64,000 bases of DNA. Source: an uncultured Gemmatimonadales bacterium. GTDB lineage: Bacteria; Gemmatimonadota; Gemmatimonadetes; Palauibacterales; Palauibacteraceae. Below are positions 42,185 through 51,881 of the stretch, piece by piece. The position numbers were made by a program, and so were the translations under genes. Numbering within the stretch: the first letter of the stretch is position 1; each line of letters starts with the position of its first letter. Where the stretch lies: positions 463,675 through 527,674 of the forward strand of contig CAWANJ010000006.1 in assembly GCA_963783385.1 (NCBI GenBank), read 5' to 3'. The notes below the pieces were generated by a model. It was not told the origin of the DNA. It saw only the letters and a program-made list of their open reading frames with translations, and searched no databases.

Positions 42185-42961
42185 CTAGCCGCCCCCGCTC
42201 ATCCGGCTCCGGATGAGACGGGCCGCCTCGCCTTCGCCCACCTGGATGTCCCAACCGAGCTCGCGGCGGCTGGTCTTGTCAATGTAGTGGAGGCCGGCGA
42301 GGAGTCCGGCGGGGCGCACCTCGACCACCCACACGCGACGATCCCGGGAGCCCGGCATCGTGGCTTCACCCCGCACCTCGACGTCGATCCATCCGGGTCC
42401 GTGAGCGGCGTCGTAGGTGACGATCCGGGCCCGGTAGCCGGGAACCAGCGGGAGGGCCTCGAGGACCAGCTGGGCCACGCTCTGGTCGAACCCGGGCTCG
42501 GCGAGCGTGGTGTCGACGGAGTGCGTTCCGGCCGTGTCGGTCCACGAACCGGTGACCCGCGTTCCCTCCCAGGTCACGTCCATCGTCGTCCCGCCGGCAC
42601 GCCCCACGTGTTTGAGGGGAGCCAGGCTGCGGGGCGCGACCCGAATGCTGTCCAGGGAGCGGCCGCCGCTCAGCTCCTCGACGACGAGGAGGGCGTCCCT
42701 GCCGCCGAGTCGGACGGGGGTCGTGACGCTCGTGTAGCGGCCCGCCGAGACGACCGTGTCCGGACGCAGGATCGAGAGCACCGAGGAGTCCGTGCGCGAG
42801 CCGAGGTCGAAGGCCAGGTCCCCGGGCCGGACCGTGTCCACCGGGAGGCCGCCGGTCTCCTGCGCGGCGGCCGGTGCTTCGGTCCGGATGAGCGCCAGGA
42901 ATGCGGCCAGAGCCAGGGCCCGGCCGGCCTGTCTGAGTCGGTTGCGGGTGGCTCCGGCCAT
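42185..42961 (-). CDS. Secreted hypothetical protein (DUF3108-like)
   Basis: Signal peptide ending AAAQ; LEALPLVPGY, VWVVEV, YIDK. Confidence 0.65.
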   Translation of the reverse strand: MAGATRNRLRQAGRALALAAFLALIRTEAPAAAQETGGLPVDTVRPGDLAFDLGSRTDSSVLSILRPDTVVSAGRYTSVTTPVRLGGRDALLVVEELSGGRSLDSIRVAPRSLAPLKHVGRAGGTTMDVTWEGTRVTGSWTDTAGTHSVDTTLAEPGFDQSVAQLVLEALPLVPGYRARIVTYDAAHGPGWIDVEVRGEATMPGSRDRRVWVVEVRPAGLLAGLHYIDKTSRRELGWDIQVGEGEAARLIRSRMSGGG

Positions 42962-43049
42962 CGGACCTCCGTCAGGACTCCTGCCAGGGTTCTCCCTCCA
43001 CCGGGGAACGCGTCGCGCTCGGGATCGGTTCCGCCAATGCCAGGCCGTG

Positions 43050-43976
43050 TTACACGCCGACGGCCAGGAGCCTGTCCACCTCCGCGAGGTCGTCATCGGT
43101 GAGTCGCCAACCGGCCGCCGCGGCGTTGGCCCGGACTTGCTCCGGCCGCGTGGCTCCGGCGATCACCGAGGCCACCGGCCGATGCGCGAGCAGCCACGAG
43201 AAGGCCAGCTCCAGGAGCGTGTGGCCGCGGTCCTCGGCGAACGCGATGAGCCGCTCGACCCTCGCCATGCTCTCCTCCGAGAGCAGGTCGGCGAAGCGGT
43301 CGCTCCCGGTGATCCGGGCGCCCTCGGGGGCGGCCCGACCCTTTCGGTACTTGCCGGTGAGGAGCCCGCTCTTCAACGGAAAGTAGGGGAGGAGGGCGAG
43401 GTCGAGCTCGGCGCACGCCCCGAGCACTCCCTCCTCGGGCTCCCGGTGCAGCAGGCTGAACTCGTTCTGGACCGAGACGAAACGCGCGGCGCCCGGTCCG
43501 ACGGCCTCCTCGGCCTCGCGGATCTGCGCGACCGAGAAGTTGGAGCAACCGATCTCGCGCACCTTTCCCTCGCGGACCAGGTCGTCCAGCGCCCCGAGCG
43601 TATCGCCAATGGGGACGTCGGGGTCGGGCTCGTGGAGCTGATACAGGTCGATGCGGTCCGTCCCCAGCCGCCGCAGGCTGGCCTCGGCCGCTTTCCTGAC
43701 GTAGGTGGGGGCCGCGCCGCCGCCCTCTCCCGCCACCTCGAACCCGAACTTGGTGGCGATGAACACGTCCTTCCTGCGGTCGCCCAGCGCCCGTCCCAGG
43801 AAAGTCTCGCTCTGCCCGGCGCCGTACACGTCGGCCGTGTCGAAGAAGTCGATACCCGCGTCCAGCGCCGCGCGCACCACCTCGGCCGACGCGTCCGCGT
43901 CGATGCGACGCCCGAAGTTGTTGCAGCCCAGTCCCACGGCCGACACTTTGAGCGAGCCGACCCGCCTTCTCTCCAC
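43050..43976 (-). CDS. Aldo/keto reductase
   Basis: GLGCNNFG, FFDTADVYG, ATKFG, IDLYQLH, IGCSN, YFPL. Confidence 0.95.
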   Translation of the reverse strand: MERRRVGSLKVSAVGLGCNNFGRRIDADASAEVVRAALDAGIDFFDTADVYGAGQSETFLGRALGDRRKDVFIATKFGFEVAGEGGGAAPTYVRKAAEASLRRLGTDRIDLYQLHEPDPDVPIGDTLGALDDLVREGKVREIGCSNFSVAQIREAEEAVGPGAARFVSVQNEFSLLHREPEEGVLGACAELDLALLPYFPLKSGLLTGKYRKGRAAPEGARITGSDRFADLLSEESMARVERLIAFAEDRGHTLLELAFSWLLAHRPVASVIAGATRPEQVRANAAAAGWRLTDDDLAEVDRLLAVGV

Positions 43977-44149
43977 GGTCCTTCCTCCTCGTCCGGATGC
44001 CGTCTCCCGCTGGCCGCAGGCCCGCGGGTCTCCCTCCCTCGCAGCGCAAGTCGCGCACCGCACGTCCGGCCGTTGAGCCAGCGATGAGGCGCGCCCGGAC
44101 CGTTCCGCACCGGTGGAAGCTGAGGTTTCGCCCGAGCAAGGAGGGGACG

Positions 44150-44383
44150 ATGGGACGGTGGGAAGGACTCCGGCGGAAGGGACTGGCGAGCATGCTCGCG
44201 CTGACAATGGGGCTGGGCAGCTTCCTGATCCTGCCCTCGCCGCGGCAGGCGCAGGCCGACCTGTGCGGCGCCAACGACGGCAAGCAGTGCGCGCACGCCT
44301 CCGTGTGCGTGGGCTTCTGGATCTTCAAGTCGTGCACGGAGACCTGGAAGTACTACCAGAGCGAGAAGCAGGTGGTCGCCTGA
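44150..44383 (+). CDS. Small secreted Cys-rich peptide precursor (77 aa)
   Basis: Strong AAGGAGG RBS; Sec signal with AQA cleavage site; mature DLCGANDGKQCAHASVCVGFWIFKSCTETWKYYQSEKQVVA. Confidence 0.8.
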   Translation: MGRWEGLRRKGLASMLALTMGLGSFLILPSPRQAQADLCGANDGKQCAHASVCVGFWIFKSCTETWKYYQSEKQVVA

Positions 44384-44388
44384 GGCGC

Positions 44389-44910
44389 GTGGCAGCGGTG
44401 CGGGGCGGGCCTCGGCCCGCCCCGCCCGGCCTCCCATGGCGTGGCGTGGCGGCCGCGGCCGGAGTGCTGCTGGCGGCCTGCGCGGTGGCGCGGGCCCTTC
44501 CGGCCCTCGCCGAGCGCCCGGTGCGCCTCCCCGTTGCGGCCCGCGGGCCGGACGGCCGTCCCACCCTCCTCTACCTGTTCCAGCGCGCGGACTGCATCCG
44601 GCACGCCGCCCTCCAGCGCCGCTGGTCCGGGCTACGGCGAGCGGGGCGCGCGGTGGTCCTGGGCGTTCCCCTGGACGAGCTCCCCGGGGGAGAGAGGGGG
44701 CCGCGGACGCCGAACCCGGGCTTCCCCGTCCGACCGGACCTTCGGAAGGAGGCCGAACGGCTGATGCTGGAGCTGGGCTACCAGACGACTCCGGTGACGG
44801 TGCTCCTCGACCGGCACGGCCGGCCGCGCCTGCTGCTACCGCCGCCCGCGGACGAAGCGGCCGCGGAGGCGGAAGAGCGCGTGGTGCGCGCCGCGCTGGC
44901 CTCGCCGTGA
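44389..44910 (+). CDS. Exported thioredoxin-fold (TlpA-like) protein with degenerate CxxH motif
   Basis: TLLYLFQRADCIRH, TTPVTVLLDRHG cis-Pro loop; N-terminal hydrophobic anchor; start uncertain. Confidence 0.62.
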   Translation: MAAVRGGPRPAPPGLPWRGVAAAAGVLLAACAVARALPALAERPVRLPVAARGPDGRPTLLYLFQRADCIRHAALQRRWSGLRRAGRAVVLGVPLDELPGGERGPRTPNPGFPVRPDLRKEAERLMLELGYQTTPVTVLLDRHGRPRLLLPPPADEAAAEAEERVVRAALASP

Positions 44911-45969
44911 GCCGCGCGGGCGCCCCGCCGATCGCCGCGGCCGCGCTGGCGGCGCTCGCCCTGGCGTGCGGCGGGGACCGGCCGGGCCACGGGACCGGAG
45001 GGGTCCCTCCGGTCCGGAGCCGCACGACGGTACAGCGGAGCTGGGAGGAGGTCTTCCAGGTAGGCGGCGGCGTGCAGGACACGCTGCTCCAGTCGCCCAC
45101 GGGGCTGGCCGCCGACCGGGACGGGGTCTACGTGGCCGACCCGTCGGCGGGTCGCGTGCTGCGCTTCGACCGCGCCGGGCAGCTGGTGTTCGCCGAGGGT
45201 CGCCCGGGAGGTGGCCCGGGGGAGTTTCGGTCGCTGAGGGACGTGGAGGTCGACGACCGGGGCCTCGCCTGGGTCCTGGATCGGGGCAACGCGCGCATCA
45301 CCATCCTGGGGCCGGACGGCCGCGTGGAAGGGCGCCTTCCCCTCGAAGGCCCGGCGCGCTCGGCCGATCAGCTCGTGCCCCTGCCCGGCGGCAGGGGAGC
45401 CGTGGTGGTCGCCTACGACCGCGAGAGTCCCTTCGCGCGACTGACAATGGACGGCCGGATCGCGGACCGGTTCGGCCCGCCCTGGAAGGACTACTCCTCG
45501 CTCGATCCGCTCGCCTCGCAGCTGGTGACGGCCGCGGGCGGGGGCCGATGGGTGGCGGCCTTCGGCATGGGGGACGGCTTCTTCGTGCGGGATGGAGGGA
45601 CGTGGAGGGGAGGCTCGGCACTCTTACGTCGAATCCCTGCCGTTCCCGGAAGTGGAGACCCGCGGCCGGCTGTCCGAGGACGGCACGGGGCGCGTGGAGG
45701 AGCGCATCGCCGAGGAAAGACCGGTGTTCGGCGCCCTGTCGGCCAGCGTGACCGGGGACCGGCTGGCCGTCCTGTTCGGCGGACGGAGCCCGGGGCGCGG
45801 GCGCTGGCTGGACGTCTACTCGCTGCCCGACGGGCGCTACCGCGGGTCCTACCTGCTCCCGACCTACTTCGAGCAGGTGGCCCTCGGCGGCGGCCTCCTG
45901 TACGGGCTCGCCGACGATCCCGCGCCGCGGCTGGCGGCCTACCGCCTGCCGGCGGATTCCCTACCCTGA
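44907..45969 (+). CDS. Six-bladed beta-propeller (NHL/TolB-like) lipoprotein (frameshift near 45610)
   Basis: Lipobox ALAC; VYVAD, GRPGGGPGEF, WVLDRGN, LDVYSLPDGRYRGS. Confidence 0.8.
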
Positions 45970-46017
45970 GCGGAGCGGACCGCGGGCCCGTCGCGCGGCC
46001 GCCGACCAGGAGGATGC

Positions 46018-46506
46018 ATGCTGGACTCGATCGCCCTGGCGCTGTCCGTGTTCGCCTTCGCCCTGCTGGGCGCCTTCGTGACCGACTGTGCGCGCCGCGA
46101 CCCGGGCCGGCTGCCGGGCGCGCGCCGCGTCCCCCCGCTCATCCGCGGCGGGCCCCTGCGCGTCCTGTGGGCGACGGCCCTGGCCGCCTCCTTCGTGGGC
46201 GGGCTGTATGGGCTCACCCTGCGAGAGCATCGGGACGTGCGCGAGGGGGAAGCGGCCGCCCCGGTGGGCTCGGAGGCGCACCGGATTCTCCGCCTTCCGT
46301 TCTACGTGCGCGAAGAGCGCGTGGCCACCGCCGTGGACGGGTCCTTCCTGCGCTCGAGTCGCTCCACACGGACGCAGCTTCCGTGGGCCTTCCTGGTCGT
46401 GGCCGCCCTGTACGCCTGGGGAGTCACGGCGGCCGACCGGGCGGACCCGGGTCCGGCGTCCGGGCCCCTCAATCCTCCCAGCGCCGGAACAGGAGGGCGG
46501 CGTTGA
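46018..46506 (+). CDS. Hypothetical membrane protein (about 3 TM)
   Basis: AGGAGG RBS; three hydrophobic segments. Confidence 0.6.
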   Translation: MLDSIALALSVFAFALLGAFVTDCARRDPGRLPGARRVPPLIRGGPLRVLWATALAASFVGGLYGLTLREHRDVREGEAAAPVGSEAHRILRLPFYVREERVATAVDGSFLRSSRSTRTQLPWAFLVVAALYAWGVTAADRADPGPASGPLNPPSAGTGGRR

Positions 46507-47731
46507 TGCCGCCGAATCCGAACGAGTTCGACAGCGCGTACTCGGCCTGGCGGGACTCGCCCGACCCCGTGATCAGTTGGAGTCCCTCGCACGAGTCGTC
46601 GGTCGTCTCGAGGTTGAGCGTGGGCGGGTACCAGTCGCGCTCCAGGGCCAGGGAGACGATGGCGGCCTCGATGGCCCCGGAGGCGCCCAGGGCGTGACCG
46701 TAGTATCCCTTGGTGCCGCTCGTCGGGATGCGAGAGGCGCGCTCGCCGTGCACCGAGCGGATGGCCAGCGCCTCGGTCGGGTCGTTGAGCAGGGTCGCGG
46801 AGCCGTGCGCGTTGATGTAGTCGACGACGGACGGGCTCACGCCGGCGTCCTCGAGGGCCAGCCGCATGGCCCGGGCCGCCTGGCGGCCGTCGGGCCGCGG
46901 CCGGGTCATGTGGAAGGCGTCGTTGGTCGTCCCGAATCCGCACAGCTCGGCGTGGATCCGGGCGCCCCGGTCCAGGGCATGCTCCATCTCCTCGAGCAGC
47001 AGGAGGGAGGCACCCTCGCCCATCACGAAGCCATCACGGTCCCGGTCGAAGGGCCGCGAGGCCGCCGACGGGTCGTCGTTCCGGGTCGACATGGCCCGCA
47101 GGATGGCGAACGCCCCGAACGACAGTGGCGCGAGGGGGGCCTCGGCTCCGCCGGCCAGGGCCACGTCCGCCCGGTCGTCGCGAATGAGCCGGAAGCCGCT
47201 CCCCACGCCGATGGCGCCGGACGCGCAGCTCATGGCGTTGGTGGCGTTGGGACCGGTGAAGCCGAGCTCGATCGCCACGTTGCAGCTCGCGGCCCCGCCG
47301 AACACGGTGAGGGCGAGCATCGGGTTCACGCCGCGCGTGCCCGCCCGCAGGTAGGCCTCGTGCTGGGCCTCGGCGAACTCCACGCCCCCCAGCGCGCTCC
47401 CCATCTGCACGGCCATCCGATCGGAGTCCTCCGTCTCGGGGTCGAGGCCCGCGTCTTCCACCGCCATGCGTGCGACGGCCACGGCCAGGGCGCTGTAACG
47501 ATCCAGCCGACGCAGCCGCCGGCGGTCGATCCACGTCTCCGGATCGAAGCCCGGGACCTCGGCCGCGATGCGCGTGCGGAACGGCTCCGGGTCGAAGCGG
47601 GTGATCGGACCCACCGCCGAGCGGCGGCGGTGGAGGCCTTCCCACAACCCCTCGGCGCCCTGGCCGATCGGCGTGACGCAGCCGATCCCGGTGACGACGA
47701 CCCGCCGGCCGTCCCGCTCAGGCCGGAGCAT
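46469..47731 (-). CDS. fabF: Beta-ketoacyl-ACP synthase II-like ketosynthase
   Basis: RVVVTGIG, MSCASG, SRPFD..RDGFVMGEG, YINAHG, GHALGA, NSFGFGG; may be a secondary-metabolism paralog. Confidence 0.85.
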   Translation of the reverse strand: MLRPERDGRRVVVTGIGCVTPIGQGAEGLWEGLHRRRSAVGPITRFDPEPFRTRIAAEVPGFDPETWIDRRRLRRLDRYSALAVAVARMAVEDAGLDPETEDSDRMAVQMGSALGGVEFAEAQHEAYLRAGTRGVNPMLALTVFGGAASCNVAIELGFTGPNATNAMSCASGAIGVGSGFRLIRDDRADVALAGGAEAPLAPLSFGAFAILRAMSTRNDDPSAASRPFDRDRDGFVMGEGASLLLLEEMEHALDRGARIHAELCGFGTTNDAFHMTRPRPDGRQAARAMRLALEDAGVSPSVVDYINAHGSATLLNDPTEALAIRSVHGERASRIPTSGTKGYYGHALGASGAIEAAIVSLALERDWYPPTLNLETTDDSCEGLQLITGSGESRQAEYALSNSFGFGGINAALLFRRWED

Positions 47732-48248
47732 GGGGCCCTCCCGGCGATCCCGTCGCGGACTTGCCGTCCCCGGGCTCCCGGCCCGAAGCAGCGAGCTCCC
47801 GCGCGGCCGCCGCGATGCCGGCCAGCGTCCGGTCGGCCACGACGTGGATGAAGTGCGGCCCGATGACCCGACGCGCCGCGAACCCCCCGACCACCGGCCA
47901 GGTGGGGCCCGTCCAGGCGTGGACGATCTCGATGCGCGTGCCCCACGGGGAGGGCTCCAGTCGCCACTCGACCTCCATTCCCTTCGTGATCCCCTCCACG
48001 TGTCGGTAGCGGATGCGGCCGGCGGACAGGTCGGAGGTCATCTCGGACACCCACCACACGGGGTAGGGGAGGGGACCGAAGCGGCGCATCGCGGCCATCT
48101 CGACGCGTCCCCGCCCGCGGCCGTCACGGCGGCGGAAGACGACGCGGCGGTAATGGGGCAGGAGCTCCGGCCAGGCCTCCACGTCGACGGCCAGCTCGAG
48201 GCAGACGCCGGGGGGCGCGGCGGCCACGACCTCGTTATGCGTGAGCAT
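47718..48248 (-). CDS. SRPBCC/polyketide cyclase-aromatase family protein
   Basis: DVEAWPELLPHYR, YRHVEGITKGMEVEWRL. Confidence 0.8.
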   Translation of the reverse strand: MLTHNEVVAAAPPGVCLELAVDVEAWPELLPHYRRVVFRRRDGRGRGRVEMAAMRRFGPLPYPVWWVSEMTSDLSAGRIRYRHVEGITKGMEVEWRLEPSPWGTRIEIVHAWTGPTWPVVGGFAARRVIGPHFIHVVADRTLAGIAAAARELAASGREPGDGKSATGSPGGPHAPA

Positions 48249-49602
48249 CGCGCCTTCCCAGCCCGCGCGGCCGTGGCTCGGGGCGGCCGCGCACGGGGTC
48301 GCCGGCCTGTCCGCGGTCACCGTGGAACAGGGCGCGCGCGAGCCGCCGCGGCTCCAGCATCTCCCCGGCCGGCAGGATGTCGCCGGTCACATCGACCAGC
48401 AGGTCCGCCAGGCCACGGCGACGAGCCAGGAGCCACGCCGCCGCGTCCATGAGGGTGGGCCGGCCGACCACGAAGTCGATGAGCCGTTGGACCCGGCGCG
48501 ACGGAGCCAGGAGACCCTCCACCTCCCGCGCGTACCGTCGATCCAGGGCCCGCTCGTCCGCTTCCGATCCCGCCCCGAGCGCGGCGCGCGCGTGGGCGGC
48601 GGCCAGCCGGCCGGTCGCCAGGGCCCGGTAGATGCCCTGTCCGGTGAACGGATCGAAGTACCCGGCGGCATCGCCCACCAGGAAGACGCCCGGGCCCGCG
48701 ACACGGCGCGGGACGACCTCGAACGGTCCCGTCACCTCGATGGCGCCCACTCTCCGCGCACCGGCGAGCCGCTTCGCCACGCCGTAGGCCCGCAGGCGGC
48801 TCTCCAGGAACGCCTCGCGGCCGGCGGCGACCGCAGGCGCCTTCGAGGCGGGCACCACGACCGTGGCGTTCCAGCGGCCGCCGCCCAGCGGCGCCAGCCC
48901 CGAGCAGCCCTCGGCCGAGACCCGCATCTCCCCGAGCGTCGTCCCCGAGGCGAGGGCCGGACCGTCCGCGTAGCGGGCCACCAGGGCGAGCTTCGGCCTT
49001 CGGCCGCGCCGCACCCCGCCCATCCGGCGGGCCACGGTCGAGCGGAGTCCGTCGGCGCCCGCGACCAGGCGCGCGGGAATGGTCGCCTCCCGGCCGTCGG
49101 ATCGGCGCACCAGGACCCCGGCCACGCGGCCCTCCCGCCAGTCGAGGTCCACGACCCGGATGCCCTCGCGGACGTCGGCGCCGGCGCGCGCCGCGGCCCG
49201 GAGGAGCGCGGCGTCGAGCTGTCGGCGGGGCAGGGCGAGGCCGCGCAGCGGGGCGCCGCTGGCGTCGCGCCCGAAACGCCCCTCGAACCGGGCGCCGCCG
49301 GGGGCCCGGAGCCTCCATCCGTCCAGGTGGGCCGCGGTCTCTTGCGTGAGCTCTTCGAGGACGCCGAGCTCCTCAAGCAGGGGGGTCGCCCCCGGACTGA
49401 GGCAGTCCCCGCACGGCTTGGAGCGGGGGAAGGACCGCTCGTCGAGGAGGACGACGCGCCGTCCCTCCCCCGCGAGCCGGGCCGCGAGGGAGCTGCCCGC
49501 CGGGCCGGCCCCGACGACCACCACGTCGGCCGGCCCGGCCGGCCCGCAACGCCCGCTCACGCCGTCGGGCGCGCGGTCACGCGCCGCTCCGGGTCCCGTC
49601 AT
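48235..49602 (-). CDS. FAD-dependent oxidoreductase (geranylgeranyl reductase/halogenase-like)
   Basis: VVGAGPAG, FPRSKPCG, GADG, GDAAGYFDPFTGQGI. Confidence 0.9.
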   Translation of the reverse strand: MTGPGAARDRAPDGVSGRCGPAGPADVVVVGAGPAGSSLAARLAGEGRRVVLLDERSFPRSKPCGDCLSPGATPLLEELGVLEELTQETAAHLDGWRLRAPGGARFEGRFGRDASGAPLRGLALPRRQLDAALLRAAARAGADVREGIRVVDLDWREGRVAGVLVRRSDGREATIPARLVAGADGLRSTVARRMGGVRRGRRPKLALVARYADGPALASGTTLGEMRVSAEGCSGLAPLGGGRWNATVVVPASKAPAVAAGREAFLESRLRAYGVAKRLAGARRVGAIEVTGPFEVVPRRVAGPGVFLVGDAAGYFDPFTGQGIYRALATGRLAAAHARAALGAGSEADERALDRRYAREVEGLLAPSRRVQRLIDFVVGRPTLMDAAAWLLARRRGLADLLVDVTGDILPAGEMLEPRRLARALFHGDRGQAGDPVRGRPEPRPRGLGRRDAHA

Positions 49603-50339
49603 GCCGCGAGCCCCGCGGCGAGGAGCCGCACCGGGCCGGCGCGCACGACCCGGCCCGGGACCCCGGAGGAGGCGAGCAGGGCCTCGACCTCGGCCGGCGT
49701 GAACGCGCGCCGCACCGAGACCGGACCGTCCACGCGCGGAAGGGGCTGCGATCGCCACAGCGTCGATGCCAGCATCCGCACGAGGCCCAGTGCGAGGCGA
49801 GAGCGGCGCAGGTCGGCGACCAGCCAGCGGCCGTTGGACACGCGGGCCAGCTCCGAGAGGAGCCGCGCCGCCTCGTCGCGCTCCAGGTGGTGGAGGGTCA
49901 GGGAGCTGAGGGCCAGGTCGAAGGCGCCATCCGAGAAGGGGAGCTCGGCGGCGGTGAGTCGCACGAAGTCGAACGCGCCGGGACGCGCGACGTCCCGCAG
50001 CCCGTCGCGTGCGATCCGGAGCGTCATGGGATGCAGGTCCCCCAGGACGCAGCGGGGGCGCCAGCCGGAGCCGTGCAGGCGCGCCTCGAGGAGGCGCGGA
50101 ATGTCCCCGGCGCCGGAGCCCACATCCAGGATGCGGAGCGGGCCGGGAGCGCGCCCCTCGAGGAGCCGCCGCACCCCCCACCACACCAGGTGGTGGCCCC
50201 CGAACAGTCGGTTGGAGACGGCGAGTGCCTCCAGGGCACGCCGGAGCCGGCCGGCGTCGCAGGCCGGGTCGTCCATGCGCTCCGGGAGACACCCGGGTGA
50301 GACCCGCTCCAGCGGCGACAGCATCGGTCCGGGTCTCAC
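49599..50339 (-). CDS. SAM-dependent methyltransferase
   Basis: ERMDDP, ILDVGSGAG, SLTLHH, DLRR, SVRRAFT. Confidence 0.88.
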   Translation of the reverse strand: MRPGPMLSPLERVSPGCLPERMDDPACDAGRLRRALEALAVSNRLFGGHHLVWWGVRRLLEGRAPGPLRILDVGSGAGDIPRLLEARLHGSGWRPRCVLGDLHPMTLRIARDGLRDVARPGAFDFVRLTAAELPFSDGAFDLALSSLTLHHLERDEAARLLSELARVSNGRWLVADLRRSRLALGLVRMLASTLWRSQPLPRVDGPVSVRRAFTPAEVEALLASSGVPGRVVRAGPVRLLAAGLAA

Positions 50340-50800
50340 CTCTCCCGGTCGAACGCCCCGGCCAGCCAGCGCGCCACGATCCCGAGCTGCTCCTCGTCCT
50401 CGGACCCGAACGCGGCCGGCTGGTCGCTGTCCAGGTCGAGCTGACCGTAGATCGTTCCGTCCCGCTCGCTACGGATGAGGACGACGAGCTCGCTGCGCGT
50501 CTCGATGCTGCAGGCCAGGTAGTTCTCGATCGCATGCACGTCCGCGACGTTGACGTCCCGCCCCTCCGCCACGGCCGTGCCGCACACGCCGGTGCCGACC
50601 GCGATCCGGTCGTGATCCGTGGGCCGTCCGATGTAGTCGTGAAGGACGAGGACATCGCCCTCGAGGAGGTAGATCCCCACCCAGTTGTATCGATCCTCGG
50701 ACGCCTCGATCTCGGCGACCGCCGCCCGCAGGATCTCGTCCAGCTCCGCGCCTTCCCGGCTCGCCTCCTCCAGGCGCCGGACCACGTCGCGACCGTTCAT
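50336..50800 (-). CDS. GAF-domain protein, free Met-R-sulfoxide reductase-like
   Basis: NWVGIY, GVCGTA, YLACS, SELVV, LDLDS. Confidence 0.85.
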   Translation of the reverse strand: MNGRDVVRRLEEASREGAELDEILRAAVAEIEASEDRYNWVGIYLLEGDVLVLHDYIGRPTDHDRIAVGTGVCGTAVAEGRDVNVADVHAIENYLACSIETRSELVVLIRSERDGTIYGQLDLDSDQPAAFGSEDEEQLGIVARWLAGAFDRER

Positions 50801-51258
50801 CAGAGGGCCTCCTCCCCGCTCGTCGCCTCGCTCCCGATCGTCACCGGATCCGGCGCCCGGCGGCCGTCGACGGCCGCCAGCCCTGGCCCCGCCAGGACGA
50901 GCGCCAGGAGGGCGGCGATCAGCACGGTGCTGAACTCGGCGCCTCCCGTGCCCGGTCCGATCACGTACCAGCCGACCTTAGCGTGCACCAGGAGGATCCC
51001 GAGCAGCATCTCCACCACGAACAGGAGCGCCACGGGCCGCACCAGGAAGCCGATGATGAGGGCCAGCCCCCCGAACGTCTCCAGCAGGGTCACGATCCAG
51101 GCGAACAGGACGGGGACCGGGAAGCCGAGCTGGCTCAGGAAGCCCGCCGCGGCGACGTGCCCTCCCATGAGCTTGGGAAGACCGTGCGTGACGTACACGA
51201 CCCCGGTTACGACCCGGAGGATCGCGAGGCCGAGCTCGCGGTTGGGTCCCCTGTCCAT
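50800..51258 (-). CDS. DoxX-family membrane protein
   Basis: LRVVTG..HGLPKL, ETFGG, GAEF, GPG. Confidence 0.9.
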   Translation of the reverse strand: MDRGPNRELGLAILRVVTGVVYVTHGLPKLMGGHVAAAGFLSQLGFPVPVLFAWIVTLLETFGGLALIIGFLVRPVALLFVVEMLLGILLVHAKVGWYVIGPGTGGAEFSTVLIAALLALVLAGPGLAAVDGRRAPDPVTIGSEATSGEEAL

Positions 51259-51306
51259 TGCCCTCCCTCGCTGGTTGCGGAGTCCGCCGTGAGCCCGGCG
51301 CTCCGG

Positions 51307-51876
51307 TCACACCTCGATGACGCGGCCCCCGCCCGTGCGGTTCCCCTCGGCCCCCGAATCGGAGCCGCCTGGCGCCGGGTCCCCCTCGGGGCGGCCCGAG
51401 CCCGGCTCCGGCGGCTGTCCCGCTCCGAAGTCCGGCGCGCCCGTCCCGAAGCTCCCGCCGCCCGCGCCGAAGCCGCCGGAGCCGGCGCCGAAGATCCGGA
51501 CGCTTCCGTTCCGCACGCCCGCCTCCAGCCGGCGGCGCAGGGAGCGCACGGCCAGGCGGCGCACCGGCCGGAGCAGGAGAGCGAGTCCGGTCAGATCGGT
51601 GAGGATCCCCGGCGTGACCAGGAGGAGGCCGGCGGCCAGCACGAGGAAGGCGTGCAGGATCTCCTCGCCCGGCACCCGCCCGGCGCGCAGCTCCGTCTGG
51701 ACGGCCGCCCAGCAGCGCGTCCCCTCCCGGCGCGCCAGCCAGGCTCCCGCGACGCCCGTGCCGACGACCAGGGCGAGCGTGGGGAGCAGCCCGACCCAGG
51801 CGCCGATCCGCAGCAGGAGCCACAGCTCGGCGAGCGGAACGAGGGTGAAGAGGAGGAAGAGGCGACCCAGCACCAC
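51307..51876 (-). CDS. fxsA: FxsA-family membrane protein
   Basis: LFTLVPLAEL, LLVTPGILTD. Confidence 0.88.
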   Translation of the reverse strand: MVLGRLFLLFTLVPLAELWLLLRIGAWVGLLPTLALVVGTGVAGAWLARREGTRCWAAVQTELRAGRVPGEEILHAFLVLAAGLLLVTPGILTDLTGLALLLRPVRRLAVRSLRRRLEAGVRNGSVRIFGAGSGGFGAGGGSFGTGAPDFGAGQPPEPGSGRPEGDPAPGGSDSGAEGNRTGGGRVIEV

Positions 51877-51881
51877 GTGCC

